From: Lama guanicoe
Lineage: Eukaryota
Assembly (NCBI GenBank): GCA_013239625.1
Contig: MU054129.1
Coordinates: 448,536-512,535 of the forward strand
Direction: 5' to 3'
DNA length: 64,000 nucleotides
In this document: piece after piece, positions 11,618 through 25,741 of the stretch
How the letters are laid out: every line of letters begins with the position of its first letter
How positions within the stretch are numbered: the stretch's first letter is position 1
Program-made: the position numbers and the translations under genes
Notes under the pieces: model-generated
What the model was told of the DNA's origin: nothing
The model's input: the letters and a program-made list of their open reading frames with translations, nothing else
Database searches by the model: none

Positions 11618-14600
11618 CTGAAATAAGTCAAACATTATTTTTAATGTTTAATTTAAACAAAAACAAGAAATCATAGGAATGACAGCTAGCTTATCAAATG
11701 TGGCCTTTAAATAATACTTTTAGAGACTTGACCTAACTTGGGGATTGCTTAAATAGAAAAAATAATCACAGGAATAAATAAAATAAATTCCTACTTTCTT
11801 TGATCTTAGATAATAGACAACATATGTACGTAAGGCTATTTAGATTCCCCTGATGTAAATAAAGCACAGTGAGCCCTGCCCTGTCGGATGCACATAATCT
11901 CAGGGAGCGATGCCCGATCTTATCAGCACAAAGAGTTTAAACAATTCAAGTCACGTTCTACACTGAATGCATTACTTTGCATTTCTCAGGAAAACTGCCC
12001 TTTATAAAAGTTTAGTTTTCTTAACGTTAATGGGTTTTTCCTTAAAATGAGCTTTCCATTCCTGCACTTTTAGAAAACTAAAATTTTAAGGTCTGTTCTC
12101 GCTAATGGTTTTAGCACAGAATTGTAGATGCATAAAATGAAAAAAAAAAAGGGCTCTGTTATGATGTCAAGTGAAAGTTCTACTGGCAAACAAGTTAAGC
12201 AAATGTATTTTGCTCTCTGTATATGACTAAGATATTTCTATCAGAAAATCTGCTTGAAGAAAAGGAGAGGCTAGCGCCAGTTTTCAAAGTTGGTTCCTGA
12301 TTCACAACTACCTAGAGTTAGAAACAAGGAAAACAATATGTAATTCTTTAACTGTAACTTTGTTTCTGTTCTAGAAATTAGGGCCAACTTTTTGAAACTT
12401 GACTTAATTAGTTACGTACTTGATTATGAAATGTGTGGGGACATTTCAAACTACGTGTCCCCATCTAGAGTGTTCTTTTAAAAATCTTTCTTATAAAAGT
12501 CACCTGCTCACTGAACAGGGTCTAAATTAGTACACCAGACATAATAAACACTGTGGTGATAACAGTGACAAAAGAGCTGAGGCCTTTGTAAATGTTAGAT
12601 GCAAAGATAAAATTTGGGGATACCATTTGCCAGTATTTTCAGAGAATGTTTTCCGTAACACTGTCTGACAAGAGCATTCTAGAGAGGCCTTCTGCCGTCA
12701 ACAATGTGACAACAGTGCCAGGAGGGTCCTGTGAAGTGAAAAATGCCCAACAGATGAAGGCAGAAGCCTTTACTTAAATAACTTCATGTAACTGTTAATA
12801 AACTCTTTGCAAAATGTAGATCACATTTTTACATGAGTTGAATGTAAGATTACTATCTTTTCCTCTGCAAAGCTATTTTCCTAAATAGGTACTTCTGGGA
12901 CTTTTATGTTTATTTCTAGGTGAGGACCCCCATGTCCTGATGGTGGAAGTGGTCTGAAGTCCAACATTAATAAGGAGAAGGCACCTGCAGTTTTAAACTT
13001 TTCCATTTAACAAAAACACAGAAAGATGAGAAAATTATACACAGGAAGACAATGTACCAGCAAGTTCTAATTCTAATGATTTTTAATTAGGAGGACTGTC
13101 TCATAACTGGCAGTTTGCATACCATGTCCCATAGAAATGGAAGGTCCCACTGGGGACACTGCAGGATTGAGGTCAAAACTCAGGTCACAGGCTGGAAGAT
13201 AATGCTGCCCTCTCTTTCCGAGATCAACTTGATAAAAACACACTTGCCTCACACATATACACACACGTTCATTTCCGAAGTGAATATATTTTCCGATTAT
13301 TGATACTTTTGAGTTAAAACTTGCTGTCATTCTTATTTTAAATGTTATAAAAAGTAGTACAATTCCAGAAATGTAATAGAATCAACTCATTTAACCACTT
13401 TGATTCATCATCCTGTTGTAAATAGGTTAATATATGAAGGAAATGACATTTGTCAGTTTGTAACTATTAAATACATGTATTTTGCTGCAGAGAAAAGAAA
13501 TGAGAATTTGTTGATCTAGGAGCTGAAAAATTAAGTACAGAGAAAAAAGTGAATGAAAGAAAAAGAACTGGAAGAAGTTGAGTGATTGTCTTTCAAAAGA
13601 TAACACGCTTCCTCATTTGTCCATTCAGACAAAATGAAATGAGGGCAGGAGGGAGTCCACAGGGCAGAGAGCTGATACCAGAAACAAGGTTACTGAACTC
13701 TGCCTCTGCCTCGAGAAATGAGCTTAACTACTGTGATAGTTTGATTAGAATTAAAATTCAGAGTGGATGCGCCCTGTCTCGGAAGCCTACTTTTAAAAGA
13801 AACGTGACCAGATTCTGCTGAGACACAGTGCTGTGTCATGTAAAAAGTTACAGGCTTAGGAATGTTAATCGTTTTAGCTCTGGTGCACTGCTATAATCCC
13901 ATTTAGAAAAAGAGCTGCTAAACTGAATGGACATTTGAGAAATTTAAAAATTACTTAAATAAATCATTAGAAAATGTTTGAAAGTATCAGTAATACACCA
14001 GAAGTCCAAAATCAATGAGTGTAAAATTTAGTCTTCCTATTTAAAATACACTTGAAGGACACTTATTAACTATTGGGGCCATGCTTCATGTTAGGCACAC
14101 CAATACTTAAAAACTCTTGAACATAAAAAAATCTCTAAAACAGAGAAATTCTGTCTGTTATAAGATTGTCTGGAATCCACTTTTAAGTTTTCAGTTCTCA
14201 GAAAAAAATTCTATGCGCAAGAAAATCTAACAGTGATGTATCTGCTCAGGCTAATTTTAACTTTTTGTATTTTACAGTAATATAATTAAATAACACAACT
14301 GAGTAAAACTGTAAAACTGCTTCTGACATGCAGGACAAAACATCCCAGAAATAAACTAGAATGTGAAATCTGAGGGTACAAACTAGCAAAACAGATACGG
14401 GGTTCATCTGTTACCGCTACAACGATGTCACGTGACAAGGCTATACTTCATGCAGCAGTGAGGCAATAAACCCAAGTTTTACGAACTGGAAAAAACTTTC
14501 TTCCACAACTAGCACAACTGAAATCACAGATTTAGAGCAACACTTCTGTCAAGTTAGAAGAAAATGCTGAGTAAGCTGGAACTTCACAGTAGGAACAGTC

Positions 14601-16294
14601 CAAAATGTTAAAACCTTGCACATAAAGGAGAATGTTAAAGTCAATCCCAATGCCATTTTTAACATTTTGCTTTCTAGAGCCATAGCTGAAAAGCTGTACA
14701 AGTCTGTTGTTTTGTTAAGCCCCATGCAAAAACTTCCTGTCATTTTAAACAGTATGTTCACACCTCTCATGGCATTTATGTTTTCCCAGCAGAAATAATT
14801 ACATCCCTAGCAATTCCACAACGCACTTTCTTTCTCTAAGTCTGACTAAAAAATCTGTGAACAGTAACTGTACAGTAACTCCTGTGAGGTGCCCGGCAGC
14901 ACTGAGGGAGCCGTGTCTCTGCACCAGGACAAAGCTGGGCTTGCTAACCTCCCTGCTAAACCCAGCATGATTCGGCCCCACAGAAGAACTACGTATACCT
15001 CGGAACTACAACACTGGGTTTAAAATAAATCACTTTCCAGTGTATCTAGAAGTACTGAAAAATAGACACCTCTTTCCTCCAAAAACATCAAAGGAAACAA
15101 CTGTCCTCAGGAGTCTTCTCCTGTACTGCTTTTGCACTCACACTCTTCCACCGTCATCCTGTCAAGTGACCCACTGTCGATTTTTTGGTGACAACTAATG
15201 AAAACATTTCGAGTTTGCATCATGCTTAGCCACTGACAGAAGTGTTAGCCATGCATTTTTTTTTTAACACCACGCAGTCTGGTTTCATGACTCTGAAGCA
15301 CTTAGACTCAATTTACCCACAAAACTATGAAACCTGAGCTTTTTCCTTCTTCGACTTATTATGAGATGAAGCCAAGTGAGAAAAAACAGGTTGAGACCTC
15401 ACTCAACAAGGGCCCGTGCTACCGTTTTCTGCATCAAGAAGATCATGAAAACACTATCAAACCATAAACCAACGCGCACCGATTTAAATGGCTATTTTAA
15501 CAACAATGATACACAATGAAAACTGGTTGTAATTTAAAGACTCCCTATCATTGCCACCTCAGTATTCCTAGTGAGGGCAAGACAGAGATATAAGTGAACT
15601 TCATTTTAAAAACTTAAGTATTTGCTTTACTTCACTACATACTTAGAAATGTTCTACAATTGCTCAGTAAGACATTTTATAACAATTAAAATAACAATTC
15701 TGTAAGTAAAATAGCAATTAAGGATGTACTCTTACAGAAGAAAATGATAAAATTTAAACTTAAGAACAGAATGTAATGTTTTTAGTGTTACAATTTTACT
15801 GAATTCATAAAAAGAATATATCTTGGATTCTTTTAAATAAAAAACATCGGCATGTGGTTAAGTAGCTCAATGCCAATCATTTACTTATGCTTAGGGGTAG
15901 AAAAACTGGGGTGCAGCAAAACTTGAAAATGACTATGAACCAATGCCAAACCGAAATCAATCAGAAGCTAAGCCAAACATTGGAAAGTGGATCTCTAGTT
16001 ATTTGGCAATAATACTTAATTTCTAAACTAGAATTTAAAATGGAGCTTTTTAAGAAATTAAGAATTTGTCAGTTGCATTTATTGAATAAAGTTAATGACA
16101 GGTATCTCTTGAAAATTACAAGTCCAGGGACTTTAAAGAATTATACAATTTCTGTCTCCTTTATTAGCACAATTAATTATGGCTTTTACTTAGTGTGCAG
16201 AAGTCAAATAAACAACTCAGAATTTCATCACATTAAAAACAAGAATTGTATCAGAAATCTGAAACCCAAGGAAAAAAAAGATAACATAACTAAC

Positions 16295-16508
16295 CCTGAA
16301 CAGATCGCTTATGCTAGTCGAAGGATCTGAAAAATTCCTGAAGTTCCTTCTTCGAGTAAGACTCCTTTCGGTCTCTACGCTACTACTAGAACTTTCATCA
16401 GAAGGCGGTCCGTCAACAGGCCTTGTGGGAACAGAGCCGAGGAGAGAACTCTTGTGCTGCTTCTCCAGCTGAAGCTCAGTGCTCACTGCTGCCAGCCTCT
16501 CATTAGCC
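16295..16508 (-). CDS. ANKRD26-like exon, 214 nt
   Basis: gcag|ANERLAAVSTELQLEKQHKSSLLGSVPTRPVDGPP...SDLFR|gttagt. Confidence 0.9.
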
Positions 16509-18089
16509 CTGCGAGGATCGCAAAGCACAGATTTCATTCATTTCATTTTCTTTCTAAGTGATGTGTACTTTTAATGTGTATTTTTCAAGTTGCTATAATA
16601 GTAAACAGATTGTCCCATTAAACTGTGTTTTGACACCAAAACATACATCAGCGCAGACCTACTGTAAACAATTACAGTTTAAAACTGTCCTAAAGAAGGA
16701 CGTATATGCCTGGGGGGCCCTTAACTAACAAGTACTTCAAAGTGGGGAGAGTCAGCGATGGAGACGCCCCCAAAGAGGATCCCTGCTGCCTTCTGCACTG
16801 GCTGCATCTAGACATACTCACCCTAAGGAAACCAGTTTAGAAATAAAAAATAAACCATCCCTCATAGCCATTTTCAAGCATTTGCTTTCACCCCCCTTAT
16901 ATACCTGGGAGAAATTCAGCACATGGCACTGAGGAACAGTTTAGAGCCACCACTTCTGGGGGGCACCAGGCGGCAGAGTCGATGGTGGGAAAGAACTATG
17001 ACAGCGCCATGGGCAATTTCAAGTGTCCCCCAATTTCCCAAAGCTCACTTTGTTACTTCGCTTTTACGAGAGGCCTACATCAGCACCTGTTTTCCATAAC
17101 CAAAAAAAAATCTCAAGCGGATTTTCACTTTTATGAAAAGAAAGCAAAAAGCCAGAATAGCGCTGGGTGTTTGTTTTAGCCCGAGCCATCAGAGGGGCAA
17201 CTAGCACCCCGAGCAGCGAGAGGGGCCCCACCGAGCTCCTTCCGCAGAGCCACACTCAGTGTCCCAGCATCACGCCGCCACGGCTTTGGACTGTGTCTGT
17301 GAGTGCCTGTGCCTTATGCATATTTATTTCATGCATCCACCAGCAAGATGTGTCCTAACTGCCTCTTTGCTTTACACCAACAACTTTCATGAAAACACTC
17401 TACTTTTGGATAGCGGGGAGACCTGTAGCTTATAACACTGCTACTCAGGCACCGGAGGTGGGACCTACCCTTTCTGTCTTCCACACACCCCCTCGGGCAG
17501 GCCACCATATCCTTTTTAGCCACTTTGTGAACCACTATACTGCCTGTCACCCCTAAGTGAATTTCCCTCTATTCCCCAAGCATGCCTTTACGTAGCGGAG
17601 ACAAACTTAGAAGGATACAGCACTTCATATCAGTGCCCATGAGCGGTGACACCAAATATCACAATCAAGAAAGTAAATTCACCAAACACCAGAATGGGGC
17701 CCCTTGGGTTTAAGATGTACTCTTCCAAAACACAGTTTAAAATTAACTCATTAACATTTCTATTTATGGGAATTTCAGCTACAAATTTTGTGATAATATG
17801 GCTAAGTTACAAAGTTTGCAAAACCCCTAGCTTAAAGACTAGATCAGGTTAAATATATGCAAATATAAAAAAAAAAGTCATGTAAAAGCAACAAAAGGCA
17901 GCGAGATGCAAACTGCCCTGGACTGACATTTTAAAGGAGAGTTCATTTACTAACACCACTTCCCAAGATTACACTATCTAGTCAGCTTTCACTTGCTACC
18001 CACCTCATGAAACTGGCTCAATAAAAATTATGCCTTAGAGGCAAATTAACAACCTAAATTACTTTCTATAATTCTACATTTTGACTTAC

Positions 18090-18295
18090 GTGTTTAGTTG
18101 ACTTGCCAATGACACACTATTTTCTAGCTCTTCCAGGTACAGCTGCCTGTATTTTTCCAATTCTTTTTCATTACAATCAAACTGAGAAGTTTTCCTTCTC
18201 AGTTCCGTTTCCAGATCTTTAACTCTGTGTTCCATCTGACTTACTGAAGCACGTTTATACTCTCTTAGCAAGTCTTCTTGGGATGCTGCTTGGGC
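18090..18295 (-). CDS. ANKRD26-like exon (DUF3496-type region), 206 nt
   Basis: gtag|AQAASQED...SQMEHRVKDLETEL...ELEKYRQLYLEEL...QLN|gtaagt. Confidence 0.93.
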
Positions 18296-18869
18296 CTACA
18301 GCAAATTAAAAGGACACAATTTTAAAAATACTTATAACCTGAGTAGTTACATTTGTTCCCTTTAGTTTTGAGTCAGTGATTCAGAAAGCAATTTTAAGTG
18401 TGAAAAAAAAGCTGAACTTTAAACTACTTATCATCAATGTCAAGTGAATTAAATCTGAATTACGAAATTAAAGTTGAATCACTCTTATATTAGTACTCAT
18501 GTAATGTGACAGTTCAAAGAATAATAGGATCAATCTAAACCTTTAAAAATTGAACAATACAACCTAGGAGTAATCCAAGAATGTGGCACAGTATTTACAT
18601 CACAATATATGCTTTTCTCCTAGTGGTCTTGATTTACACCAATTGGTCTTAAAAACGATTGTCTAGTGAGAGTTGTTCTGAAACATCAATTTAGTGATAG
18701 TAATGATGGAAACTGAATTATTTAAAGGGAGTAACAAATGTGGCCTGCCTTCCAGAAATCTACAAAACAAACTGCTATATGGGAAGTAGTGGAAACACAT
18801 AAAATGTACACATCCGAACTGTAATTCTCAGCGAAGTGAGTTAGAGCACGTTACAGATCAATGCTTCAC

Positions 18870-19232
18870 CTGTAAAAACTGGCTGAGTTCTTCCAATTTT
18901 TCTGCAATATCCCGTCTTGCTTGCTCTTCAGTCTCCTGTTTGTACCGCATGACTTGACTGAGTTTTTTCAGTTTTTCCACTACATCCCGTCTTTCTTGCT
19001 CCTCAGTCTCCCGTTTGTACAGCTCCACTGGACTGTGTTCCACTGCGTTCATTTCTAGGTGACGCCTGAGATGCACTACTTCTTCTTCCAACTGCTTTTT
19101 CTCTTCCTCCAGTGTGTCAGATTTCTTTTGCAATTCTTTCATAAATAACTCCTTTAGAAAAAGTTGAGTTTCTGCACTCAAATGGAGAAGTACTGAAGAC
19201 ATAGATTCCACTTTTGCTGGAAGATCACCATT
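18870..19232 (-). CDS. ANKRD26-like C-terminal coiled-coil exon, 363 nt, with internal 75-nt duplication
   Basis: gcag|NGDLPAK...KKQLEEEVVHLRRH...SQFLQ|gtgaag. Confidence 0.9.
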
Positions 19233-19995
19233 CTGCATGAAGATGATAAAATTGGCAATGAGGTTAGCAGACTGAGAACAGCCTAACTCTAACCCAGCAT
19301 CAAAGGTTGAAATAAATTCAGTTACAATAAAATGGTATCTGCCTTGTGGAATGGAGAAACTCAAATTACTCAGAAAATCAAGAAAAAAGCTCAAACCACC
19401 AAGAGTCACAAAACAATACTGTTTACTGTCATCATCCTTGTTATTCATTTGTACTTGATTTTACACTATTTTTCTGTAATTGGTTCATGTCTTTCCTACA
19501 TAAAATGACTACAAGGCACCTCTTAGTAGAAAGTCTCTTACCCTTTCTTCCCCCAAGTCTTAACTCTCCACGATTTTTAAAGTTTTAGGGAGATCATATT
19601 GAGTTACTTAGGGCTGAATTAATAAATGCCTCCCAAAACAAGACTTTGAAAAAAAGACTGCAATTAATACGTCTTACAAATATGGGTTCTAATGCCATAA
19701 GCCTTTTCTCTGAACCACAAATATTTTATGCTTGTTTGAATTGCATTCCAAGGAGCAATGAGTGATTCACAGAGTTAAGGAGAAATCCACCTCCTAGTGT
19801 AGTGGTTTAGTAAGGTGATCTATACATTTTTCTAAACAAACAAAATAGCCTTCATTCTTGTAATCCTTTGTGGCTCTCCACAAAACAAGAGAACATACTC
19901 AACAAAAACAAATACTTGCTGGAATTTCAGTGACACTGACTTGGGAAGAACTACTTTCCTTCAGATAGAAGAATTATTTGGTAAGACAAGGCAAG

Positions 19996-22221
19996 CGGAG
20001 GTGGTGGTTGTAAAACAACTCTACAAATTCCTTGACACTTCTCCTGTGAAATTCCCTCCCCTGAAGTATGTACTGGTCTCAGTCAACTGGTTTCTAGAGG
20101 ACAGAATGTGGGGACACTGCTGTGTGATTTCTAAGGCTAAATGGCTTCTGACTTTCACTCCGTAGGGATGCTCACCCTTAGAAACCAGCCACCATGTTGT
20201 GAAGCCCAGGCCACTTACTGAGTCCTTGTACATGCAGCTATCCCAGCTGATGACCCCAGGGAATGTCCTTAACCAAAGCCAGCTCCAACTTCCAGATATG
20301 AGCATGAAGAAGCCTTTAGATTATTCTAGTGCCCGCTTGATGCCAAGTGGAGAAGAAATGAGCTGGTTCCTCTGAGCCTTGTCTAAATACAGATTTGTGA
20401 ACCAAGCAGATGTGGTTTTGAGTCACCAGGTTTTGAGGCAGTTTATTATACAAATTATAAGCAATAAATAACTGGCACAGATATTAAAAATGGGGCACAG
20501 CCATTAAAAAAGAACCCAAAATGTGGGGATGCCTTTGAACCTGGAGGCAGGTGAAACCTGAACAGATGTAGAGAAGATTAAGAGTGAAAATCCAAAGTGT
20601 CCCCGAGACTGTGAGTGGAAGCCTGAGGGCCCTTGAAGGGCTGAGAGTGACGGCTTCTAGGCCAGGGAAGAAAATGACACCGAAACCGGAGGAAACGGGA
20701 CTCTTGCTACCAAACAGCTGAAAGTAAACTTGATGAGAGAGATAAGCTAAAACAAACAAACAAAAAGATTATTAAATAGAAAGGAACCAGGACTCACTGG
20801 GTTCAAATATCTGTATCCCATTTAAAAGCATCCCCAAATGCCCAATTGTCACATAACGGGTAAGCAGAGAAATGGCTTCTGGGCTAAGATCAAATTTAGG
20901 GTGCTGCCAGGAAAACAGTGTGAAGATGAAGCCAACATTCTGTTAAGACCTTGGAAAGATTTAAGGTGCCGCCTCAAATTCCTTTAAAGATCTTAAAAGC
21001 ATAAGAGTTTTACAGGCATGGTCCCACAACAGCTTCACAGGAAGCCCAAGGTGAAGAGTTTATCTCAAAAAGACGTGAGAGTAGCTTTTCCAATGGCAGG
21101 AACCCCAATAAAATTCACAGGAAACTCAAAGTTTTAAAGAGAACTGTGGTAGCAAAAACACTGCTTGCTAGCTTGGACTGAAAGAGACAAAGATAGTGCA
21201 AAACGGGAAGAGGCCTTTGGGATTTTCTTAGAAGGTCTACAAGGAGGAAGCTGGCTTGAGAGAACTACTCAGCTGCAAACACAGGTCACTGCTCATGAAA
21301 GGGACAGAACAAAGAGCTCAGAGAGGGCAGCGAAGGAGAACCCCTCCCAGGGTTAGGACTAAGTCCTAATCAAACAGCCAGCAGCATCAGGCTGCATTTC
21401 AGAACTGTTATGGACCAGTGTGCCTCCTAGCTTCCATCTGTGAGTGAGGGAGTCCTTAGCAGTTAAGCAGAATGTTGGATGTGTGGCGGCGAATAACCCG
21501 TGTCTCCTTATCCTCAAGCCTCAGCACTGAGAGGAGTGTACCCAAGGGGCTGTACTCCAGAAAACATGCCCAGGAGCCTCAGCCCCACCTGGACCTAATG
21601 AAGATGGGAAAGTAAGACCCTGGACTGGAGCCTGAGCCTAACACCACAGCGACCGAGACCTGCTCAGGGACTGAGTGGGGATAAGTGGATTTCTTGTATG
21701 GAAGCAGTAAGAAAACATTGTGGCTAATGAGTAGATTATGCTGGTTTTTAAATGTCTCCATAAACTTTCAAAATTAATTCCATAAAAATGTAGAATATGG
21801 GCCAACCTTAAGTGACCTGCTCCTAAAGAACAGAAAACAGTGAAAGTGGCACCGAGTGAACTGCATGGCTAGGTTTGAAAAGGCAGTTCAGCTTCTGCCT
21901 CGCTCTTAACCCTGGAACCCAGTCTCATGTGGGCAAGCTCAGGCCACAAAGACAGCTTAGGTGTTCCAGGGGAGGTAGTCCACCTGCCCGCCCCACCAAA
22001 GCCACAGCCCACTGCCAACACCAACCATCAGACATCAACGGATGAATCTTCAAGTGATTCCAGGCCCCCCCGCCTTTGAGCTGCCCCACCTGAAGCTGAG
22101 AGGAATAGAGGCCAGCTGTCTTGGCCACACTTTTCCTAACTGTCGGTTGTGAACAAAATAAATGCTTATTTAAGCCACTGAACTTTGGGCAGTTTGTTAG
22201 GCAAAAACATATAAACAGAAA
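19996..22221 (+). mobile_element. MaLR (MLT1-type) element: LTR ~19996-20478, internal ~20479-21735, LTR ~21736-22221
   Basis: Both LTRs end with the ttaagccac...tttg(g/a)ggcagttt...aca-type motif; internal part starts with aaaatgtggggatgcctttgaacctgg. Confidence 0.65.
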
Positions 22222-22964
22222 AGTGGATGAATGGAGACAGTAAGAAATGTAACTTGAATAGAGTAGGAATTGGTCTCCTATAAAGTGGAAAGTAACAAAC
22301 GTTGAGATTCACTTATTAATGACAAAATGCTGATGAGAAGCAGCAAATAAAGACCTAAGAACTAGTGAGAAGGAAGGTACTTCAGAGTTCCCTCCAAGTA
22401 CAGTTTCTTACAAATTGGCATGTATTTCACAATTTCCCCTCAAATTTGAGGATAAGGAAGACTGGTAAGTGAGGAGACATAGGATTTGAAGTCTAATAAC
22501 TGAAAAACAACTAGAAATACTCAGTTTACCAAAATCAGCCTTTTTACCTCATTTCAGTTAACTGAACTTCTAAGAGTCAGGCAGCTTTGAGAACTTATTA
22601 ATCTAGCACTCACTCTTCATTTTCCTTTCCTCAGAGAGAAAATAAAATATTATGGAACCATAAATGTAGTGTCCTTTGGCAGTACTTAAATACAATTTTT
22701 CCTTTGCCTTACTTCAAAGCTTGTTGGTTAACGGAAGGTTAAGACTGTCTCAGCTTTATGTTGTAGCACAATGCTTCTCCATATCACACAGATTGGCATT
22801 GAACTTTTGAAATTCAAATTACTAATCTGTTATCTGTTTCTGATAAACTGAACATTATCTAATTTTTAACAGCTGTACTCTTGAAAAATTTTCCTTGGAT
22901 GGGATGAAATATTTATTTCATTCATTATGTATTCAGCTATAGAATGCAGCTAGGCATCTCTCTT

Positions 22965-23022
22965 TTTAAGTAAAAGGAGGTAGACACAGGGAGCTTTAAG
23001 TAAAAGGAGGTAGACACAGGGA
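22965..23022. repeat. 30-bp tandem duplication
   Basis: tttaagtaaaaggaggtagacacaggga twice, period 30. Confidence 0.9.
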
Positions 23023-23589
23023 ACTGAGAGTGCAGGATCTACACCAAGAACAAGATCAGCACCAGTGTTACACACAAGAACCAAGCCAAGAGAGGACTTC
23101 ATCGTGAACCGCAAGATGGATTAGAGAGGCTTCCAAAGAGGAAGGTTGAATTAATCTTTTCCAGGCTTAATCTTTTGCCTCTAGATAGTGAAATCTATGG
23201 ATGACTCTATGAATTATAATAAGTGCAACATAATGAAGTATATTGCAGACTGAGTCAGCAGATCCTGTGACCATGATTTGATGGAAACTGGAGTGAAATG
23301 GGAGGCACTGGGTGAGAAACTAAAGGTCTGAATGGGGGGAAGGAATGGACTTTACCTTTGCAAGCCTACTTTCTGTCATGTCACAGAGTCAGCAAGGTAT
23401 AAGCTGGCCACAGACCCCTTTAGGAAGCAGCAGATCTCCACAGAAGTGGAATTACAGACATTCCACGACACTGACTTTTTATTACTATGTAAAACAACTG
23501 GTAATATGCAAGGTGACTCGGAAAGAGTTCTCATAACATCTGACTTGGAACTGGCATAGGACATAGATCAATGCATCACCACTGAGAAT

Positions 23590-25025
23590 CTAAAAGAAAC
23601 CCTCACATTTACAGTCAACTGATTTTCAATATGAGTGTCAAAATAACTGAATGAGACAATAATAGTCTTTTTAACAAATGGTACTGGGACAACTGGATAT
23701 CCACATGCAAAAGATCAAAATTCGACCTCTACCTCATACAGTACATATAAAATTAACTCAAAATTAAAGAGCTAAAACTACAAAATTCTTAGAAGAAAAC
23801 ACAGGTGTGTGTCTTCATGACTGGATCTGGCACTTGTTTCTTAGGTAGGACAGTAAAAGACAGAAATAGATTAACTGAACTTCATCAATATTAAAAACTA
23901 GTCTTCAAAAGACACCATCAAGGAGGTAAGAAGGCAATCTCCTGAACAGGAGGAAATACTCGAAAATCCTACATCTGATCAAAGATTTGAACCCAGGATA
24001 CAAAAAGAACTCTGACAATTCAATCATAAAAAGATAATCCAATTTTAAAATGGGCAAAAGCCAGAACAGACACGTCTTCAAAGAAGATACACAAATGGAT
24101 AAGCACATGAAAAGATCCCCAACATTCTCAGTCATCAGAAAAATGCAAATCAAAACCACAATGATGCCAGTTCACACCTACCAGGAGAGCTAATGACCAG
24201 TGTTGACAGGGATGCATAGAAATTGGGAGAATTACACACTTCGGATAAAAATGTTAAACGGTGCAGCCACTCTGGAAAACACTATGGCAGGTCCTCAAAA
24301 GGTTAAACAGAGTTACCATATGACCCACATCACAGCATTTCCATTCTTAAGTATATTCCCCAAAGAAATGAAAACATGTTTACACCAAAACTTGGACAGA
24401 ATGTTCACAGCAGCATTATTAACAATAGGCAAAATCAGAGGCAACCCAAAGGTCCATCAACTGACGGATGGATAAACAGTTTAGCCCCACAACCGAGTAA
24501 TGTCTGACAATAAACAGAAATGGAAACACTGACGAGTGCTGTAACATGGAGGAATCTTGAAGACGTTTTGTCAAATGAAAAAAGCTCATCATGAAGGACC
24601 ACACAGCATGTGATTCCATCCATTGGAAACACCCAGAACAGGCACATCTATAGAGACAGAAGTCAGACTGGTGGTTGCCGGGGGCTGAGGGGGATGGGGG
24701 CTAGGGGTGATGGCCAAGGGGTGCAGGCTTTCTTTTTGGGGTGATGGGAATGTTCTAAAATTGACTGTGATGACAGCTGCACATGTCTGGATATACTAGG
24801 AGATACTAACTATACATCCTAAATGGGTGACTTATATGATACGTGATTTTTTTTTTTTTTTTTTTTGGTGGCGGGAAGTAATTAGGTTTTACTTATTTAT
24901 TTTTAGAGGAGGTACAGGGGATCAAACCCAGGACCTTGTGTACGCTAAGCATGCACTCTACCACTTGAGTTATGCAATCCCCCCTGTAATATGTGAATTA
25001 TATCTCCATAAAGTTAAGAAAAAAA
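23590..25025 (+). mobile_element. Old L1M fragment (ORF2 3' end + 3'UTR), interrupted by a SINE
   Basis: ggacaactggatatccacatgcaaaag, aaatgcaaatcaaaaccacaatg, aatgttctaaaattgactgtg motifs. Confidence 0.85.
24847..24984 (-). mobile_element. tRNA-derived SINE (camelid type)
   Basis: Reverse of ...agtggtagagtgcatgcttagc...aaggtcctgggtttgatcccc...; poly-T tail. Confidence 0.85.
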
Positions 25026-25588
25026 TCCAAAGGCAGGATCTAGACAATTTTCCTAATTCTCTATTTTGGGTGTACAGGCGTGATCTGAACTTCTCCATGC
25101 TTTGACAACATACATAAAATGAAGAGAAAATGAAGGCAATGCCTAACTTCAACTGGTTTGTATAATGACCTTTCTGCACAAGTTACCCTGAAATCCATGA
25201 AATCAATACACACACATTCTACATCCATTCACAAAAGTAAAGAGACATGACAATTTTCTGGACCATGCCATAAAACATTATCCTCTGATTTTATCTAGCT
25301 TGCCTCATTGTGGTGAGAGATCACTAAAAAATATTGTTTAATAGGAAAAAAAAGCTAACTTCTGTGAGGAAAGATGTGTAATTCTCAACTTATCTAAGGG
25401 TAAATATTATAAGAGAAAAATAAATAAATGGCAGAATGAAAGTCAAAGTTTAAGAAACAAGTACATCATAAAGATAATAAAAGTGTAATTATAATGAAGA
25501 TACAAAAGAAAGCTGTCCCTGAAAAGCTAGTGTCCTGCAACACTCTGCGCTGCACATTCACGGCTGACGTGCTAGATTTCACACGTAC

Positions 25589-25741
25589 TGGGTTCGCAGT
25601 TTGATGTGATTTCCTCTCTGAATCCTGTTTCTCATTTTCTGAATTAGTCTGATGATGTGCTGTCACCTCCAGGGAAGCTTCCAACATGGACACTTTCTTT
25701 CGGGTGTCAGTCAGCTCTTGCTGAAGCTGTCTCATACAGGC
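25589..25741 (-). CDS. ANKRD26-like coiled-coil exon, 153 nt
   Basis: ttag|ACMRQLQQELTDTRKKVSMLEASLEVT...QTANP|gtacgt. Confidence 0.9.
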
